The position numbers and the translations under genes are program-made. This document shows positions 10,368 to 18,572 of a stretch of 64,000 nucleotides of DNA, in pieces. This stretch comes from Candidatus Omnitrophota bacterium. Lineage in GTDB: Bacteria; Omnitrophota; Gorgyraeia; 1-14-0-20-64-10. The notes under the pieces are model-generated. The model worked only from the letters and a program-made list of their open reading frames with translations, searched no databases and was not told the DNA's origin. Numbering within the stretch: position 1 is the first letter of the stretch; each line of letters starts with the position of its first letter. The DNA lies in assembly GCA_023818695.1 (NCBI GenBank), contig JAMWCF010000002.1, positions 64,066 through 128,065 on the forward strand. The letters are read 5' to 3'.

Positions 10368-10736
10368 ATGGGTAAAATCCTGTTTTTCCTCATGGGGGCT
10401 GTTCCATTCATCTTCAGTTCTGCCTGCCTGGCGGTCTCCGATTCCGAGAGAACCCTTTCGGGCGTCTCGCAGGGCCAGCCGCCTTCCTATGTAGCCGGGC
10501 AGGCCATCGTCCGGTTCCGGGAAGGAACCTCCCAGGTCGAGGTGGACCGGCTGGCCGCCCATTTGGGCGCCAGCCCCAAGCGCCTGACCGACCGGTGGGA
10601 GGTTTATCTTTTTGAGTTCAGTGCGCAGAAGCCGGTCGGAGAGATGGTGAAGAACCTGAAAAACAGCCGTTTTGTCGAGCATGCGGAACCGAACTACGTG
10701 ATGGACAGCGAGGTCGATAACTTCCCCTGGCATTAG
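10368..10736 (+). CDS. Secreted peptidase-inhibitor I9 (subtilase-propeptide-like) domain protein, stand-alone
   Basis: ORF 10338..10736. The ATG at 10368 gives a signal peptide (MGKILFFLMGAVPFIFSSACLA). The body YVAGQAIVRFREG...FVEHAEPNYVM resembles a subtilase N-terminal propeptide, but no protease domain follows. Confidence 0.5.
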   Translation: MGKILFFLMGAVPFIFSSACLAVSDSERTLSGVSQGQPPSYVAGQAIVRFREGTSQVEVDRLAAHLGASPKRLTDRWEVYLFEFSAQKPVGEMVKNLKNSRFVEHAEPNYVMDSEVDNFPWH

Positions 10737-10765
10737 ATTTTTCCCTTTGATAGACTGATGGTTCC

Positions 10766-11482
10766 ATGAAAAAAGCCATTCTCTTCCTGACAGCCGTTCT
10801 CATCCTTTGCGCAGCCGCGCACGCGGCGGTGGAGATGCCGGGCTCCTCCTATCTGAAGGGGTTGACATGGAAAGGGCATGACACCTTCCGTCTGGAAAGG
10901 GAAGGGGTGGTGCTGTACGTAGATCCCTGGCGCATCGAAGGGGAGCCCAAAGACGGGGATATCATCCTGATCACACATCCCCATTTCGACCATTGCGAGC
11001 CGAAGGATATCTTCAAGGTGCTCAAACCGGGCGCGGTGATCGTGACGGTGGAAGAAGCGGCGCAGAAGCTCAAGGAGGGGGGTGTGGAGGCCGCTATCCA
11101 GATCCTGAAGCCGGGCGAAAACCTGGAAATTGGGGCCGTCATGGTGGAAGCGGTTCCCGCCTATAACATCAACAAGGAGTTTCACCCGCAGACCAGCCAG
11201 TGGGTCGGTTTCATCGTGGCGGTGGATGAGGTTCGGATCTACCACGCCGGCGACACCGATTTCATCCCTGAAATGAAGGATTTGCGGGTGGATGTTGCCC
11301 TTTTGCCTGTCAGCGGCACCTACGTGATGACGGCGGATGAGGCGGCTGAAGCGGCCAAGGCGATCCGTCCCAAAGTAGCTGTTCCGATGCATTACGGCAC
11401 CCTGGTCGGCACGGAGGCGGACGCCAGGCGTTTTCAAGAACTGTGCAGTGAAATGATCGTCGAAGTTCTGAAGAAAGAGTAG
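10766..11482 (+). CDS. MBL-fold metallo-hydrolase (secreted)
   Basis: Signal peptide, HxHxDH motif (LITHPHFDHC) and a later YHAGDTDF; the size is typical of the UPF0173/Lactamase_B family. Confidence 0.8.
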   Translation: MKKAILFLTAVLILCAAAHAAVEMPGSSYLKGLTWKGHDTFRLEREGVVLYVDPWRIEGEPKDGDIILITHPHFDHCEPKDIFKVLKPGAVIVTVEEAAQKLKEGGVEAAIQILKPGENLEIGAVMVEAVPAYNINKEFHPQTSQWVGFIVAVDEVRIYHAGDTDFIPEMKDLRVDVALLPVSGTYVMTADEAAEAAKAIRPKVAVPMHYGTLVGTEADARRFQELCSEMIVEVLKKE

Positions 11483-11490
11483 TTCGGGAC

Positions 11491-11961
11491 ATGAGAAAAG
11501 TCATCGTCGGATGCCTGTCATTTTTGTCGGTTTTCGTCTTCCCTCTTGCACCTGTTTTTTCAAATGATCTCGGGGTCCACGCCCAGGTTGACAAGACCGA
11601 GGTTGCCACAGGGGACGTGTTGGCCTTTTCCGTAACGATTGCGGGCGCGTTCAAGCAGCCGCCTAGGGTGGAGCTGAAGTCGTTCGAGGGTTTCGACGTG
11701 GTTGGAACGCGCCAGGCCCAGCAGATCCAGATTCATGGCGGCAAGGCCCTCCAGGCGCTGACTCTGATTTACACCCTGGCGCCCAAAGAGGTTGGCACCC
11801 ATGTGCTGGGGCCGGTGAAGGTGGAGTATGAAGGGCAGGTTTACGAGACCCAGCCGATCGAAGTCAAGGTAGTCAAAGGTTCGGAGCCCCGCAGGGAGGA
11901 AAAATCGAAACGGTCGGAAAAGCGGCGGATGCCGCGTTTGCAGGGAGGAGTGGTGCTGTGA
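11491..11961 (+). CDS. BatD-like (aerotolerance-family N-terminal domain) secreted protein
   Basis: Signal peptide followed by VHAQVDKTEVATGDVLAFSVTI...YTLAPKEVGTHVLGPVKVEYEGQVYETQPIEVKV, which matches the BatD N-terminal pattern. Basic C-terminal tail. Confidence 0.5.
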   Translation: MRKVIVGCLSFLSVFVFPLAPVFSNDLGVHAQVDKTEVATGDVLAFSVTIAGAFKQPPRVELKSFEGFDVVGTRQAQQIQIHGGKALQALTLIYTLAPKEVGTHVLGPVKVEYEGQVYETQPIEVKVVKGSEPRREEKSKRSEKRRMPRLQGGVVL

Positions 11962-12722
11962 AGAGAAACCCGGTCTTTTATTTCATGTTAGGGCTCACCG
12001 TGTCGGTCGTTTTCCTGACCGGCTGTTCGATGAAATGGAAAACGGCCCGCGAGAGGGAGCTGGAAAGCCAGGTGGACCAGCTGGCCGGCCGGATCGCCGA
12101 GGCCGAGAGATCGAGAACCCTGCTGGCTTCCCATGTTGACAAGCTGCAGGATGAATTGAACCGTCTTCAGGATGAAAGGGCGCGGGATATCGAGCGGTTG
12201 ATGCGGGAACAACAAATGGCGCGGGAGCGGGGCCAGGAGTCCGATGAGATGCTGGAAGCGCAGCGGCGGCTGGCCGAGAGTTTGCGCCAGGAGCTGGGCG
12301 ACGCACGGGCGAAACTTGCAATGACCGAGCGGGGGCTGGTGCTGACTTTCCTGGATGAAATCTTCTTCGATTCCGGCAAGGCGCAGATCAAACCGGAAGG
12401 CCAGGAGACCCTCCGCAAAGTGGCGGCGGTCCTGAAGGAAACCGTGCCGGATTCCCCCGTGGCGGTGGAGGGCCACACCGACAACGTGCCGATCAAATAT
12501 TCCGGATGGAAGTCAAACTGGGAACTGTCCGCGGCCAGGGCCTTGGCGGTCGTTCACCATTTCACCGAACAGGAGCAGCTTCCCCCGGAGCGGTTGAGGG
12601 CCGTCGGTTTCGGCGAGTACCAGCCGGTCGCCTCCAACGACGACGATGAGGGACGCCGCCTGAACCGCCGCGTGGAGGTGGTGATCCTGCCATCCTCCAT
12701 CCGCAGAGAGAAGTTTGAGTAA
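11958..12722 (+). CDS. OmpA/MotB-family peptidoglycan-binding lipoprotein with coiled coil
   Basis: Lipobox-like VFLTGCS, a long coiled-coil region, and OmpA_C motifs GHTDNVPI, SNWELSAARA and NRRVEVVI. GTGA overlap with the upstream gene. Confidence 0.8.
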   Translation: MKRNPVFYFMLGLTVSVVFLTGCSMKWKTARERELESQVDQLAGRIAEAERSRTLLASHVDKLQDELNRLQDERARDIERLMREQQMARERGQESDEMLEAQRRLAESLRQELGDARAKLAMTERGLVLTFLDEIFFDSGKAQIKPEGQETLRKVAAVLKETVPDSPVAVEGHTDNVPIKYSGWKSNWELSAARALAVVHHFTEQEQLPPERLRAVGFGEYQPVASNDDDEGRRLNRRVEVVILPSSIRREKFE

Positions 12723-12725
12723 TCG

Positions 12726-13955
12726 ATGACGTTCATCCGAGGGCTGCGCTGCCGGGAATGCGCCAGGGAATACCCGGCGAAGGCGCTGTATGTGTGTGAA
12801 TACTGCTTCGGCTCCCTGGAGGTCGATTACGACTACGCCGCCATCAGCCGGAAGTTGAGCCGCCAGCTCATCGAAAGTCGCCCGCCCAACATCTGGCGCT
12901 ACAAGGAGCTTCTGCCGATCGACGGGGAACCGTCCGTTGGTTTCCACACCGGCATGACGCCGTTCTTCAAGGCCCACAATCTCGGCAGGGCGCTGGGAGT
13001 CAAAGAGCTTTACATCAAGGATGACTCGGTTTGCCACCCCACCCTCTCTTTCAAGGACAGGGTGGTGTCGGTAGCCCTCTCCCGCGCCAAGGAGCTTGGC
13101 TTCGAGACCGTCGCCTGCGCTTCGACCGGCAACCTGGCCAATTCAGTTTCGGCTCTTTCGGCCAAGGCCGGCTTCAAGCGGACGATCTTCATCCCGGCCG
13201 ACCTGGAAGCGGCCAAGATCATCGGCTCTCTGGTCTACGCCCCGCGGCTCATGGCGGTAGAGGGCAACTACGACGAGGTCAACCGCCTCTGTGCCGAGAT
13301 CGGCACCCATTACAAGTGGGCCTTCGTCAACATCAACATCCGGCCCTACTACGCGGAAGGGTCGAAGACCTACGGTTTCGAGGTGGCGGAGCAGATGGGC
13401 TGGAAGGCGCCACAGCACATCGTTGTTCCGGCCGCCAGCGGCTCCCTTCTGGTGAAGATCTGGAAAGGGTTCAAGGAGTTCTATAAATTGGGGTTTCTGG
13501 AGGAGCCCACATGCCGCCTGTACGCGGCCCAGGCGTTCGGCTGCCACCCGATCGTGACTGCGATCGAGGAGGGATCCGACATCATCAAGCCGGTCAAGCC
13601 CAAGACGATCGCCAAGTCGCTGGCGATCGGCAATCCGGCGGACGGCTATTACGCGGCCGACGCCATCCGGGAAACCGGAGGATGGGGTGCGGCGGTGACC
13701 GATGAGGAGATCGTCGACGGGATCAAGCTGCTGGCCCAGACCGAAGGGATCTTCACCGAGACCGCCGGCGGTGTTACGGTGGCCGCCGCGAAGAAACTCA
13801 TCGAGCAAAAAAAGATCCCCAGGGATGAATCGATCGTGGTGTGCGTCACGGGGCAGGGTTTGAAGACCCAGGAGGCGGTCCAGGATCATGTGGGCAAGCC
13901 GATCCGGATCAAACCGAACTTGAGCTCGTTTCAAGAACACGTGAAGGACAACTAA
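12726..13955 (+). CDS. thrC: Threonine synthase (family) with N-terminal Cys4 zinc ribbon
   Basis: PLP-lysine motif HPTLSFKDR, STGNLANS, and an N-terminal CRECAREY...VCEYC zinc ribbon. 409 aa. Confidence 0.8.
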   Translation: MTFIRGLRCRECAREYPAKALYVCEYCFGSLEVDYDYAAISRKLSRQLIESRPPNIWRYKELLPIDGEPSVGFHTGMTPFFKAHNLGRALGVKELYIKDDSVCHPTLSFKDRVVSVALSRAKELGFETVACASTGNLANSVSALSAKAGFKRTIFIPADLEAAKIIGSLVYAPRLMAVEGNYDEVNRLCAEIGTHYKWAFVNINIRPYYAEGSKTYGFEVAEQMGWKAPQHIVVPAASGSLLVKIWKGFKEFYKLGFLEEPTCRLYAAQAFGCHPIVTAIEEGSDIIKPVKPKTIAKSLAIGNPADGYYAADAIRETGGWGAAVTDEEIVDGIKLLAQTEGIFTETAGGVTVAAAKKLIEQKKIPRDESIVVCVTGQGLKTQEAVQDHVGKPIRIKPNLSSFQEHVKDN

Positions 13956-13971
13956 CAGGAGAGGTCTGTTC

Positions 13972-14250
13972 ATGGCTGTGACCGTTCGTATTCCAACGCC
14001 GCTTCAAAAGTTGACTGGGGACAAGGCGGAAGTGAACGCTTCCGGGAAAAACGTGCAGGAGCTGCTGGCCGATCTGGACAGGCAATTTCCCGGTTTCAAG
14101 GACCGGTTGTGCGACCCGGACGGGAAGCTGCGCCGGTTCGTGAACATTTACATTAACGAGGAGGATATCCGGTTTTTGAAAAACGAGCAGACCTCCGTGA
14201 AAGACGGCGACGAGATCTCCATCATCCCGGCCATCGCCGGCGGCTGTTAA
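13972..14250 (+). CDS. MoaD/ThiS-family ubiquitin-like sulfur-carrier protein, C-terminus ...AIAGG-C
   Basis: 92 aa. The pattern MAVTVRIPTPL...GDEISIIPAIAGGC is typical of the beta-grasp family. The Gly-Gly is followed by one extra Cys before the stop. Confidence 0.7.
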   Translation: MAVTVRIPTPLQKLTGDKAEVNASGKNVQELLADLDRQFPGFKDRLCDPDGKLRRFVNIYINEEDIRFLKNEQTSVKDGDEISIIPAIAGGC

Positions 14251-14260
14251 CGGAAAAGGA

Positions 14261-14509
14261 GTGCGCGATATGGCCAAAAAGATGGTCCATCTGATATTCC
14301 CGCAGCGGCTGATCAAAAAGCCGGTCATTTACACGATGGCCGCCAAATGCAAAGTGATTCCGAACGTCCGCAGGGCGAAGGTCACGGAGAGCGCCGGGGA
14401 GATGGTTTTGGAGCTGGACGGCACCCGCGAGAATTTGGACAAAGGGATCCGCTTCCTGACCCGCCAGGGTGTCAAGGTCGAGCCGATCGTGGGAGATGTC
14501 ATTGAATAA
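14261..14509 (+). CDS. NIL-domain protein (stand-alone)
   Basis: 82 aa. LIFPQRLIKKPVIYTMAAKCKVIPNVRRAKVTESAGEMVLELDG...FLTRQGVKVEPI resembles the NIL domain found at the C-terminus of MetN-type ATPases. Confidence 0.5.
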   Translation: MRDMAKKMVHLIFPQRLIKKPVIYTMAAKCKVIPNVRRAKVTESAGEMVLELDGTRENLDKGIRFLTRQGVKVEPIVGDVIE

Positions 14510-14519
14510 ATAAAACCGG

Positions 14520-15101
14520 GTGAGCGACGACAAGGAGCTTATCCAGGGAATCAGTCGCAGGGACCCGGAGGCCTTCCGGCTCCTGCTGGAGCGTTACGCC
14601 CGCCCTCTGGTGAGCATCGCGCACCGCCTGGTGGGCACGCGGCATGAAGCGGAGGATCTGGTGCAGGAGGTGTTCCTGCGCCTTTACGAGCGGTCCCCGG
14701 CGCTGAATGAAAAGAGCCGCCTCTTCACCTGGCTTTACCGGGTGACGATCAACAAGGGCGTGGACCTCCTGCGCGCGAAAAGCCGCGGGGTCCGGACCAT
14801 CTCCCTGGAATCGGCCGGCGGTCCGCAGGAAGAAGAGCCCGCCTCCTGGCTGGATAAACTTCCGGATTTATCGGTTCCTTCGCCCAGGGAGCAGTCGGCT
14901 GTCTCCGAGCATCTTCTCATCGTCCAGAAAGCGGTTTCATCCCTTCCAATTTCTCTGCGCCTTCCTCTTCTGCTGTTTGCCGTGGAAGAGCTTTCCCAGC
15001 AGCAGATCGCTGAAATCCTCCAGATGAGCCCCAAGGCGGTCGAAAGGCGGATCGCCCGCGCCAGGTCGCTTCTGAAAGAACAACTGCGCGACATCATTTA
15101 A
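14520..15101 (+). CDS. ECF-type RNA polymerase sigma-70 family factor
   Basis: Region 2 (EDLVQEVFLRLYE, WLYRVTINKGVDLLR) and region 4 HTH (LSQQQIAEILQMSPKAVERRIARARSLL). Confidence 0.85.
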   Translation: MSDDKELIQGISRRDPEAFRLLLERYARPLVSIAHRLVGTRHEAEDLVQEVFLRLYERSPALNEKSRLFTWLYRVTINKGVDLLRAKSRGVRTISLESAGGPQEEEPASWLDKLPDLSVPSPREQSAVSEHLLIVQKAVSSLPISLRLPLLLFAVEELSQQQIAEILQMSPKAVERRIARARSLLKEQLRDII

Positions 15102-15210
15102 ATAACTCTTTTTGTTCCAGGAGGTTATGCCATCTTTGCTTTCTAAAATTTTTGAGGGGGGATAGCCCGGTCTTTGTCGTTTCATCTGATGGAAGCATAA
15201 GGAGGGTGCT

Positions 15211-15543
15211 ATGAATCTATCTGATCAGAAACTGGATCGCCTGCTCAAGGAAGCGTACCCGCCGGTGGAGGTGTCGCCGGATTTCACGTTCCGGCTGTGG
15301 CGCAGTCTTCTCTCGCAATCGCCCCCTGTCTGGAAGAGGGTGGGCGTCCCTTCTGTTTGCGCCGGGATTCTGGTTGGACTCCTGGCTGGGTTGTGGACAT
15401 GGACGGCGGCTTTGTCCGGTGACGGGGCGTATCCCCCGGCCGCCGGGGTCCGGATGAATCTGCGCCTCGATCTGTTCGGCAACGCCCCCTACGATTCCCT
15501 CGCGGGCGCCTATCTTTCGTTGAAAGGAGAAGATCGCACATGA
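15211..15543 (+). CDS. Putative membrane anti-sigma factor
   Basis: Lies immediately downstream of the ECF sigma gene. 110 aa with one TM helix (VCAGILVGLLAGLWTW). The call rests on position only. Confidence 0.4.
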   Translation: MNLSDQKLDRLLKEAYPPVEVSPDFTFRLWRSLLSQSPPVWKRVGVPSVCAGILVGLLAGLWTWTAALSGDGAYPPAAGVRMNLRLDLFGNAPYDSLAGAYLSLKGEDRT

Positions 15544-16019
15544 TGAAGCGGTTCCTCATAGCGGCCGCCATCCTTCTGCCGACGGCCGCTCTCGTCTATT
15601 TGGCCACCATCGGTTGCTGCCACCTGCTGGCTTCCGGCAGGAAGCCGGCTTCTCTGTTGAGCCACCTTGCTCTTTCGGCTGAACAGAAGAAAGAGTTGGC
15701 CGGGTTGGAAGCTGGTTATCTGGCTGAAAAACAGCGGGCGTGCGAGCGTCTGTGCGCTACAAGAGACCGGCTGCTGACCGCTCTGCAGAAGCCGGATTCC
15801 GACCAGGTCATGCTGACGCAGATGATCGAGGAGATCGGCCGGGAGCAGATGAATCTTGAAAAGGCAACCCTGCAGCATATTCTGGCCGTGCGCGGTCGGC
15901 TGGATTCACGGCAGAAAGTCCAGCTGACTCGGATGGTGTCGGAACGGCTGCACAGCGCTTGCGAAATGACCGCCTGCGGTGCGACGCCCGCCTGCGCAGT
16001 CACCGGAAAGAAAGATTGA
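15540..16019 (+). CDS. Periplasmic Spy/CpxP/ZraP-like heavy-metal sensor/chaperone with Cys-rich tail
   Basis: N-terminal anchor, LTXXQ-like motifs (LSAEQKKEL, LDSRQKVQL) and C-terminal CEMTACGATPACAVTG. ATGA overlap with the upstream gene. Confidence 0.55.
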   Translation: MMKRFLIAAAILLPTAALVYLATIGCCHLLASGRKPASLLSHLALSAEQKKELAGLEAGYLAEKQRACERLCATRDRLLTALQKPDSDQVMLTQMIEEIGREQMNLEKATLQHILAVRGRLDSRQKVQLTRMVSERLHSACEMTACGATPACAVTGKKD

Positions 16020-16026
16020 GGATGCC

Positions 16027-17325
16027 ATGAGAGTGATGACGCTGGCGCTGATCGGGTCGCTCTTGGTCTCCATTCCCGGGCCGGCGGGCAGCGTTTGGGC
16101 GCAGGAGCAGGGCTCCACCCTGGTCCTGCCGCTTCTGTTGGAAGAGGTCCGCCGCGTCAATCCGGATTTGGCAGCGGCCAGAAAACGGGTGGAAGCGGCC
16201 CAGGCCAGAATTCCCCAGACCGCCGGATTGCCCCCTCCGAGAATCGGCGTCGAGTTCGAGGAGATTCCCAGCGGCACGGTCAAGCTCAACAGGGCGACGA
16301 CCATGTATCAGCTGATCCAATCCCTGCCGTTTCTCGGCAAGCTCTCGGCCAAAAAACGGGTGGCTGTCGCCGAAGCGCAGATGATTGCTGCCGATTACAA
16401 ACGGATGGAGTGGGATATCCTCACCCGGCTCAAGACGGTCTACTACGATCTCTATCTCCTGGACAGAGAGATGGAGATTCAACAGGAGCAGCTCGTGTGG
16501 CTGCGGCGGTCGGAGGCGACGGCCGAAGCGGGCTATGCCGCCGGAACCTCTTCTCACATGGATTTGCTGCAGGCGCAGTCGGATCTCCTGGAGGCGGCCA
16601 CCCAGGTGGAGGTCCTTCGCCAACGCCGCCTGGCCATGGCGGCGCACCTGAATCATCTCATGAACCGGCCCATCCATGACCCGGTCGGGCCGGTGTCCGA
16701 ACCGGAGTTCATCCCGGTCCCTTCGGACCCGGAGGCGCTCTTCCTGCAGGCGGTGGAAAACCAGCCGGATCTGCAGGTTTTCAAGTACTCCGCGGAAAGG
16801 TCGGAGGCGGAGTGGAAACTGGCCAAGCGGGAGTTGCTGCCGGATCTGGAATCGATGCTGGAGCTGCGGAATCCGGCCATGGGACCGATCGGGCCGTGGG
16901 ACCTGACGCTGGCTCTGACGCTGCCGTTCTGGTTCTGGACGAAGGAGCGATACGGGGTGCGCGTGGCCCTGAAGGACAAGGAATCGGCGCAGGAGGCCTA
17001 CACGGCCGTGCGCAACGCCGTCGCCAGACGGATCCATGAGCACTGGCACGAGGCCAGGGCGGAGTATGAGACGGCTCTGCTTTTTCGGGACGGCCTGATT
17101 CCAAAGGCCAGGCAGGCGGTTGAATCGGCCCTCTCCGGTTATCAGGGTGGTCAGGTTTCGTACGGGGATCTGCTGGGTTCCATCCGGATGTTGAATGAGC
17201 GCCGCCGCTCTTATTATCAATCGCTTGTCCATCTGGAGCAGAGGATCTCGATGCTGGAAGAGGCGGTCGGGGTTCCCCTGCGGCCGCAGCATCGGCAGAC
17301 GGCGGAAGAAGGAGAGAGCCCATGA
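16027..17325 (+). CDS. cusC: TolC-family outer-membrane efflux protein (CusC-like)
   Basis: ORF 15979..17325. The ATG at 16027 gives a signal peptide (MRVMTLALIGSLLVSIPGPAGSVWA). Two OEP-type repeats. Lies upstream of the adaptor and RND pump genes. Confidence 0.75.
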   Translation: MRVMTLALIGSLLVSIPGPAGSVWAQEQGSTLVLPLLLEEVRRVNPDLAAARKRVEAAQARIPQTAGLPPPRIGVEFEEIPSGTVKLNRATTMYQLIQSLPFLGKLSAKKRVAVAEAQMIAADYKRMEWDILTRLKTVYYDLYLLDREMEIQQEQLVWLRRSEATAEAGYAAGTSSHMDLLQAQSDLLEAATQVEVLRQRRLAMAAHLNHLMNRPIHDPVGPVSEPEFIPVPSDPEALFLQAVENQPDLQVFKYSAERSEAEWKLAKRELLPDLESMLELRNPAMGPIGPWDLTLALTLPFWFWTKERYGVRVALKDKESAQEAYTAVRNAVARRIHEHWHEARAEYETALLFRDGLIPKARQAVESALSGYQGGQVSYGDLLGSIRMLNERRRSYYQSLVHLEQRISMLEEAVGVPLRPQHRQTAEEGESP

Positions 17326-18572
17326 GAAAGTTCGAGGTCACGCGTCGTGCGAGGTTGGCCGTCATCGTGATAGCGCTCATTGCGGTCGGGTTCATGGCCG
17401 TGCGGTATCTTTCCCACGGCACACAGGGGTGGCATGCCGCGCCTACCGCGGCCAAGGAAGAATATTACTGCCCCATGCATCCGGGATTCGTTTCAGATAA
17501 GCCGGGCGATTGTCCCGTCTGCTACATGAAGCTGGTCAAGCGGAAGGAAGGTTCCTCCTCGGCGCAGGCAGGCCGAAGTTCCGAAGAGATCTGCGTCCTG
17601 CATAACTGCGCCAAACTCCATGAAGGGAGGCCGTGCGCCATGATGGTCATCGCCGCGCCGGGAGAAAAGGTGGTCTGCCCCGTGTGCGGGACGTACGTCG
17701 TTTCGGAGCAGGGAACTGTCTCCTCATGGGGATATTCGGCGGTGCTCTTGAGCCCCCAGAAGCGCCAGATGATCGGGCTGAAAACCGCGCCGGTCGTCAA
17801 ACGGGCCATGACAAAGACCATCCGGACGGTCGGGCAGATTGCTTATGACCCGCGGCTGTACCAGGCCCAGCAGGAGTATCTCCAGGCCCTGAAGGCCTCC
17901 ACGGAGCGAACGGCCCCGCCGGCTGTCATCGAGCAGTCCCGCCGCCTGGTGGAGGCGGCCAGGGTCCGGCTGCGGACCCTGGGATTGGGTGAAGATTTTA
18001 TCAAGGAGATGGAAAAATGGGAGGGACCCGATGAAACGCTGCTTCTAACCGGTGAAAACGGACAGGTCTGGCTCTACGCCCCTGTTTATGAATTCGAGCT
18101 GCCGCTTGTCCATGCCGGCCAGAGGGTGTCAGTGGAGGTTCCATCCGTGCCGGGTAAAACACTGGAGGGGATCGTCCGGTCGGTCGACCCGATCCTGGAT
18201 CCGATGACCCGCACGGCCCGGGTCAGGGCGGTGCTGACCGATCCACAGCGGTTTCTGCGGCCGGGCTTTTACGTGAACGCTTTTTTGACGGCCGATATCG
18301 GCGAAGTGCTCGGCATCCCCGAGGAGGCGGTTTTGGAGACCGGTGCCAGGCGGATCGTTTTTGTCGATAAAGGGCAAGGGGTTCTGGAGCCCCGCCAGCT
18401 GAACCTCGGCTTCAAGGCGGACGGCTTCTATGAGGTGAAATCGGGCCTGGCCGAAGGGGAGCTGGTTGTCACCGGCGGCAACTTCCTGCTCGACTCGGAG
18501 AGCCGTCTCAAAGCGGTTTTGCAAGGGATGACCGACGGGGGCGAAGGAGACCAGCACCGGCATGGCCAGTGA
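17322..18572 (+). CDS. cusB: Efflux RND periplasmic adaptor (CusB-like) with N-terminal heavy-metal-binding domain
   Basis: YYCPMHPGFVSDKPGDCPVCYMKLV metal-binding motif, a second VCPVCGTYV motif, and an HlyD-like beta-barrel region. ATGA overlap with the upstream gene. Confidence 0.8.
   Translation: MRKFEVTRRARLAVIVIALIAVGFMAVRYLSHGTQGWHAAPTAAKEEYYCPMHPGFVSDKPGDCPVCYMKLVKRKEGSSSAQAGRSSEEICVLHNCAKLHEGRPCAMMVIAAPGEKVVCPVCGTYVVSEQGTVSSWGYSAVLLSPQKRQMIGLKTAPVVKRAMTKTIRTVGQIAYDPRLYQAQQEYLQALKASTERTAPPAVIEQSRRLVEAARVRLRTLGLGEDFIKEMEKWEGPDETLLLTGENGQVWLYAPVYEFELPLVHAGQRVSVEVPSVPGKTLEGIVRSVDPILDPMTRTARVRAVLTDPQRFLRPGFYVNAFLTADIGEVLGIPEEAVLETGARRIVFVDKGQGVLEPRQLNLGFKADGFYEVKSGLAEGELVVTGGNFLLDSESRLKAVLQGMTDGGEGDQHRHGQ

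Noticed and set aside
16000-17292. 430-aa minus-strand ORF opposite the TolC-family gene. Similar antisense ORFs lie at 19333..19911, 20035..20784, 21235..21948, 28497..29852, 30955..31971, 35337..36236, 45613..46383 and 58254..59180.
   Set aside because: Each is fully nested antisense to a gene with strong family motifs. Their low-complexity R/P/G/H-rich composition indicates non-coding frames.
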